The translations under genes and the position numbers were made by a program. The notes below the pieces were generated by a model. It saw nothing but the letters and a program-made list of their open reading frames with translations. It ran no database searches and was not told where the DNA came from. DNA of 46,807 nucleotides. Source: Macrostomum lignano (Eukaryota). Below, in pieces: positions 45,101 to 46,807 of this stretch (position 1 is the first letter of the stretch; the number at the start of each line of letters is the position of its first letter). The stretch covers positions 1 through 46,807 of the forward strand of contig NIVC01004412.1 in assembly GCA_002269645.1 (NCBI GenBank), given 5' to 3'.

Positions 45101-46462
45101 ATATTCACTAATTTGGCAGGTTTTGTGTTAAACATCCGAGCAGAATTCTGGCTTACAGTCCCGCCAACTTACTTAGAAAGGGTCAACTGGATTTAGCTGG
45201 GCATTCTGTCCTGCAAATCTGTGTCTGAAACAGGCTCCGCTTAATACCGGCCTGTCCCGACAGAAGATTTATGACCGAGTCGGCTTACGGCTTATCCCCC
45301 TTGGCTGGGGTTGCGACCTTTTCGCTCGGAAAAATTTGGTAGAGAGAAAAAGTTGAAACTCCCCGATCCCCTTGCTGGTGTAAGCCGACTGACTTATCCC
45401 AGTCGCGATCCCAGCCAGTCCACCGTAATCCGCCCACTAGAAATTTGGATTTCATTCATTTTGTCGGTCCCTTGCCGCCCAACTTTCCATCGATTTCGCG
45501 CAGTAAACACAGTCGAGGTTGAGGTTTTAAAAGGCGGCGTCTGCCAGGGATTTTGGACTTGCATCCGGCAAAATCCAGAATTCTTGGCTATCGAATTCTG
45601 GCTCTTTTAGCATTGATACTCGATTCGTGAACTTTTCACTCGTTGTTTTTGTACGGCTTGTGGAATGCTCGGCTGAAACGGGTGGCGGACTGGCATTATA
45701 GTCTGGGGCGTTTCTGTGTGATCTAATACGTCTGTCTGTGTCTGTCTGTCTGTCTGTCTTAGTGTCTGTCTGTCTGTCTTTCTTTGTGTCTGTCTGTCTG
45801 TCTGTCAGTCTGTCTTAGTGTCTGTCTATCTGTCTGTCTGTCTTAGTGTCTGTCTGTGTGTCTGTCTGTCTGTCTGTCTATCCGTCTGTCTATCTGTCTG
45901 TCTGTCTTAGTGTCTGTCTGTGTGTCTGTCTGTCTATCCGTCTGTCTATCTGTCTGTCTGTCTTAGTGTCTGTCTGTGTGTCTGTCTGTCTGTCTGTCTT
46001 AGTGTCTGTCTATCTGTCTGTCTGTCTTAGTGTCTGTCTGTGTGTCTGTCTGTCTGTCTGTCTATCCGTCTGTCTATCTGTCTGTCTGTCTTAGTGTCTG
46101 TCTGTGTGTCTGTCTGTCTATCTGTTTGTCTGTGTGTCTGTCTGTCTTCTGTCTGTGTCTGTCTCTACTAATCTGAGCTTTTGTCTCTACGTAAGCACAA
46201 TATAATTATAAAACACACATGTCTACGCACGCTGACTCGGGTCTCTCATCACTGCGTCGCAGGCTGAACTCGAAGAGTCCAAAGCGGCAGTCACCTACGA
46301 TTTCATGTTTCACCGCGGCATCGGCACCATGGTGGCTTATTTCTGGTACAGCTACGCCCTGGCTTTGGAGCGCAAGGGAGACCTCAAGGCCGCTGGGGAT
46401 AAATACGAGCACGGCATCCGGTGCCAGGCCCAGCCGCTGGACTTCCTGGTCGAAAAGTTCGA
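31546..46462 (+). CDS. BUB1: BUB1/BUBR1 (Mad3/Bub1) spindle checkpoint protein, N-terminal KEN box + TPR domain; 3'-incomplete
   Basis: Exons 31546-31679, 39729-39788, 40467-40611, 46263-46462 (phases 2,2,0,2) join in frame: [19 protein letters not shown]...[72 protein letters not shown]...[19 protein letters not shown]...[15 protein letters not shown], matching the Mad3/BUB1 homology region 1. Confidence 0.9.
32335..34350. repeat. Long diverged inverted repeat (arms about 32335-32800 and 33900-34350), foldback-like element
   Basis: e.g. aacttttaacaaaattgacctgct at about 32400 versus its reverse complement at about 34270-34293; arms align over about 450 bp, roughly 80% identical by eye. Confidence 0.85.
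35360..36622 (-). mobile_element. Decayed Tc1/mariner DNA transposon, maT (DD37D)-like
   Basis: Pseudo-ORF from ATG 36475: HTH region, [38 protein letters not shown], with stops and frameshifts. Weak terminal inverted repeats (gttgtaaaaaaac / gttgcaaaaaaac) flanked by TA; about 1.26 kb. Confidence 0.8.
37194..37320 (+). promoter_or_regulatory. CCAAT-box cluster upstream of nested stomatin gene
   Basis: ATTGG at 37194, 37282 and 37308; CCAAT at 37316; followed by a GC-rich stretch. Confidence 0.45.
37457..38746 (+). CDS. Stomatin/band-7 (SPFH) family membrane protein, intronless, 429 aa, nested in BUB1 intron 1
   Basis: Hairpin membrane segment [22 protein letters not shown], then [100 protein letters not shown]. 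First in-frame ATG is at 37457. Confidence 0.93.
   Translation: MAKGVSFSSDTRFKSKSGAVDTAAAAGAPASDESDEEEAMDADSDDQAVEASASPKRNGRRGVGGSGAGGPSRHQRLQRSFSLVPERLGRSGLGGSFQSQRRMQFCEAAMQALLVALVAVTFPFSFLVCLKVIAQYERAVVFRFGRILSSEASGPGLVFIMPCMDSIKRVDLRTMTFDVPTQEVLTKDSVTVAVDAVVYYRIFDPVMSVVNVEDSNRSTKLLAQTTLRNVLGTVSLYELLAGRDESAMVMQETLDAATDTWGVKVERVEIKDVRLPTQLQRAMAAEAEAAREARAKVIAAEGEQKASKALKAAAIELSECNVALQLRYLQTLCSISAEKNSTIIFPLPIELLKYFQQQQQPSPGPDGDKDDSESGDEAPKKPRYTVTDADRRPHLLQPHCGGSPSSCSRPVTVSSPSRSASRTSFGSGC
39729..39788 (+). CDS. BUB1: BUB1/BUBR1 exon 2
   Basis: ttccag acceptor; [19 protein letters not shown]; gtgagt donor. Confidence 0.88.
   Translation, partial: RAGAGNQVLFGRRSASALH
39845..40420. repeat. 30-32-bp minisatellite (BUB1 intron 2)
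   Basis: Unit ctatgattgagttgtccggttgggttgcctat. Confidence 0.9.
40467..40611 (+). CDS. BUB1: BUB1/BUBR1 exon 3
   Basis: tttacccag acceptor; [13 protein letters not shown]...[15 protein letters not shown]; gtgagt donor. Confidence 0.9.
41440..41880. repeat. 32-34-bp C-rich minisatellite (BUB1 intron 3)
   Basis: Unit ccctccgctaccccctccattgctttctacttta. Confidence 0.9.
41999..42152. repeat. (GA)n microsatellite
   Basis: Directly visible. Confidence 0.97.
42505..43310. repeat. 25-bp minisatellite (BUB1 intron 3)
   Basis: Unit atctccagtctcactgtgtctcctc, about 32 copies. Confidence 0.93.
44650..44910. repeat. (CAGA)n microsatellite with CACTAAGA interruptions
   Basis: Directly visible. Confidence 0.93.
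45730..46165. repeat. (TCTG)n microsatellite with TCTTAGTG interruptions
   Basis: Directly visible; opposite orientation to 44650-44910. Confidence 0.93.
46263..46462 (+). CDS. BUB1: BUB1/BUBR1 exon 4
   Basis: gtcgcag acceptor; FMFHRGIG...GIRCQAQPL; gtgagt donor. Confidence 0.9.
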
Positions 46463-46519
46463 GTGAGTTGGCTGACCTTTATTTGTTCACTTGTAATCTA
46501 TTGCATTGTGTGCTAAGAT

Positions 46520-46606
46520 ACTACCTGTGCTATCTACCTATTTATCTATCCATCTATCTACCTATTTATTTATCTATCTATCTATCTATCTACCTATCTA
46601 TCTATC

Positions 46607-46637
<31 letters not shown>

Positions 46638-46645
46638 CTATCTCC
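46520..46645. repeat. (TATC)n microsatellite (BUB1 intron 4)
   Basis: Directly visible. Confidence 0.9.
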
Positions 46646-46807
46646 CATGCGGCAAGCGGCCAGCCGTATTTCCCCGTCGGGAATTAAGCGTCCATCCCGA
46701 TCCAATCGGCGTTTCGCCCTCAAGCACGGGCGGTGCCCCACCAGAGCGGGAGATGCCTAATTATTGCTTGAGCCGGGCGTGTGCGCTGCAGGGCTGGGGC
46801 AGCTGGG

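Overview
Animal nuclear genomic DNA: GC-rich exons, GT-AG introns, and introns filled with mini- and microsatellites. The overall style resembles a free-living flatworm such as Macrostomum, but that is inference only. The ORF track is largely misleading, so genes were rebuilt by hand from splice sites. Five protein-coding genes, all on the + strand: (1) a TRANK1-like ankyrin + UvrD/SF1 helicase + TPR gene, 13 exons over 11-15782, 5' end outside the window, with three apparent 1-nt deletions in the first 2.9 kb; (2) a 3-exon two-domain Ly6/uPAR (three-finger) protein with predicted GPI anchor, 18301-20809; (3) a 2-exon Thr/Ser-rich mucin-like protein with 53 x 42-bp repeats, 24718-27186, whose true frame is absent from the ORF track; (4) the 5' four exons of a BUB1/BUBR1 (MadBub) gene with an N-terminal KEN box, from 31546 and running out of the window; (5) an intronless stomatin-family gene, 37457-38746, nested on the same strand in BUB1 intron 1. 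Mobile DNA: two head-to-head, internally deleted RTE-like LINEs, a further LINE remnant, a decayed Tc1/mariner (maT-like) element, a foldback-like inverted repeat and a tRNA-derived SINE. Most notable: all 12 TRANK1 introns are phase 0 at proto-splice sites and nearly all carry their own private minisatellite; the same-strand nested stomatin has a strong splice acceptor that could divert BUB1 exon 1; and one intron holds a tRNA-Glu-derived 66-bp tandem array.
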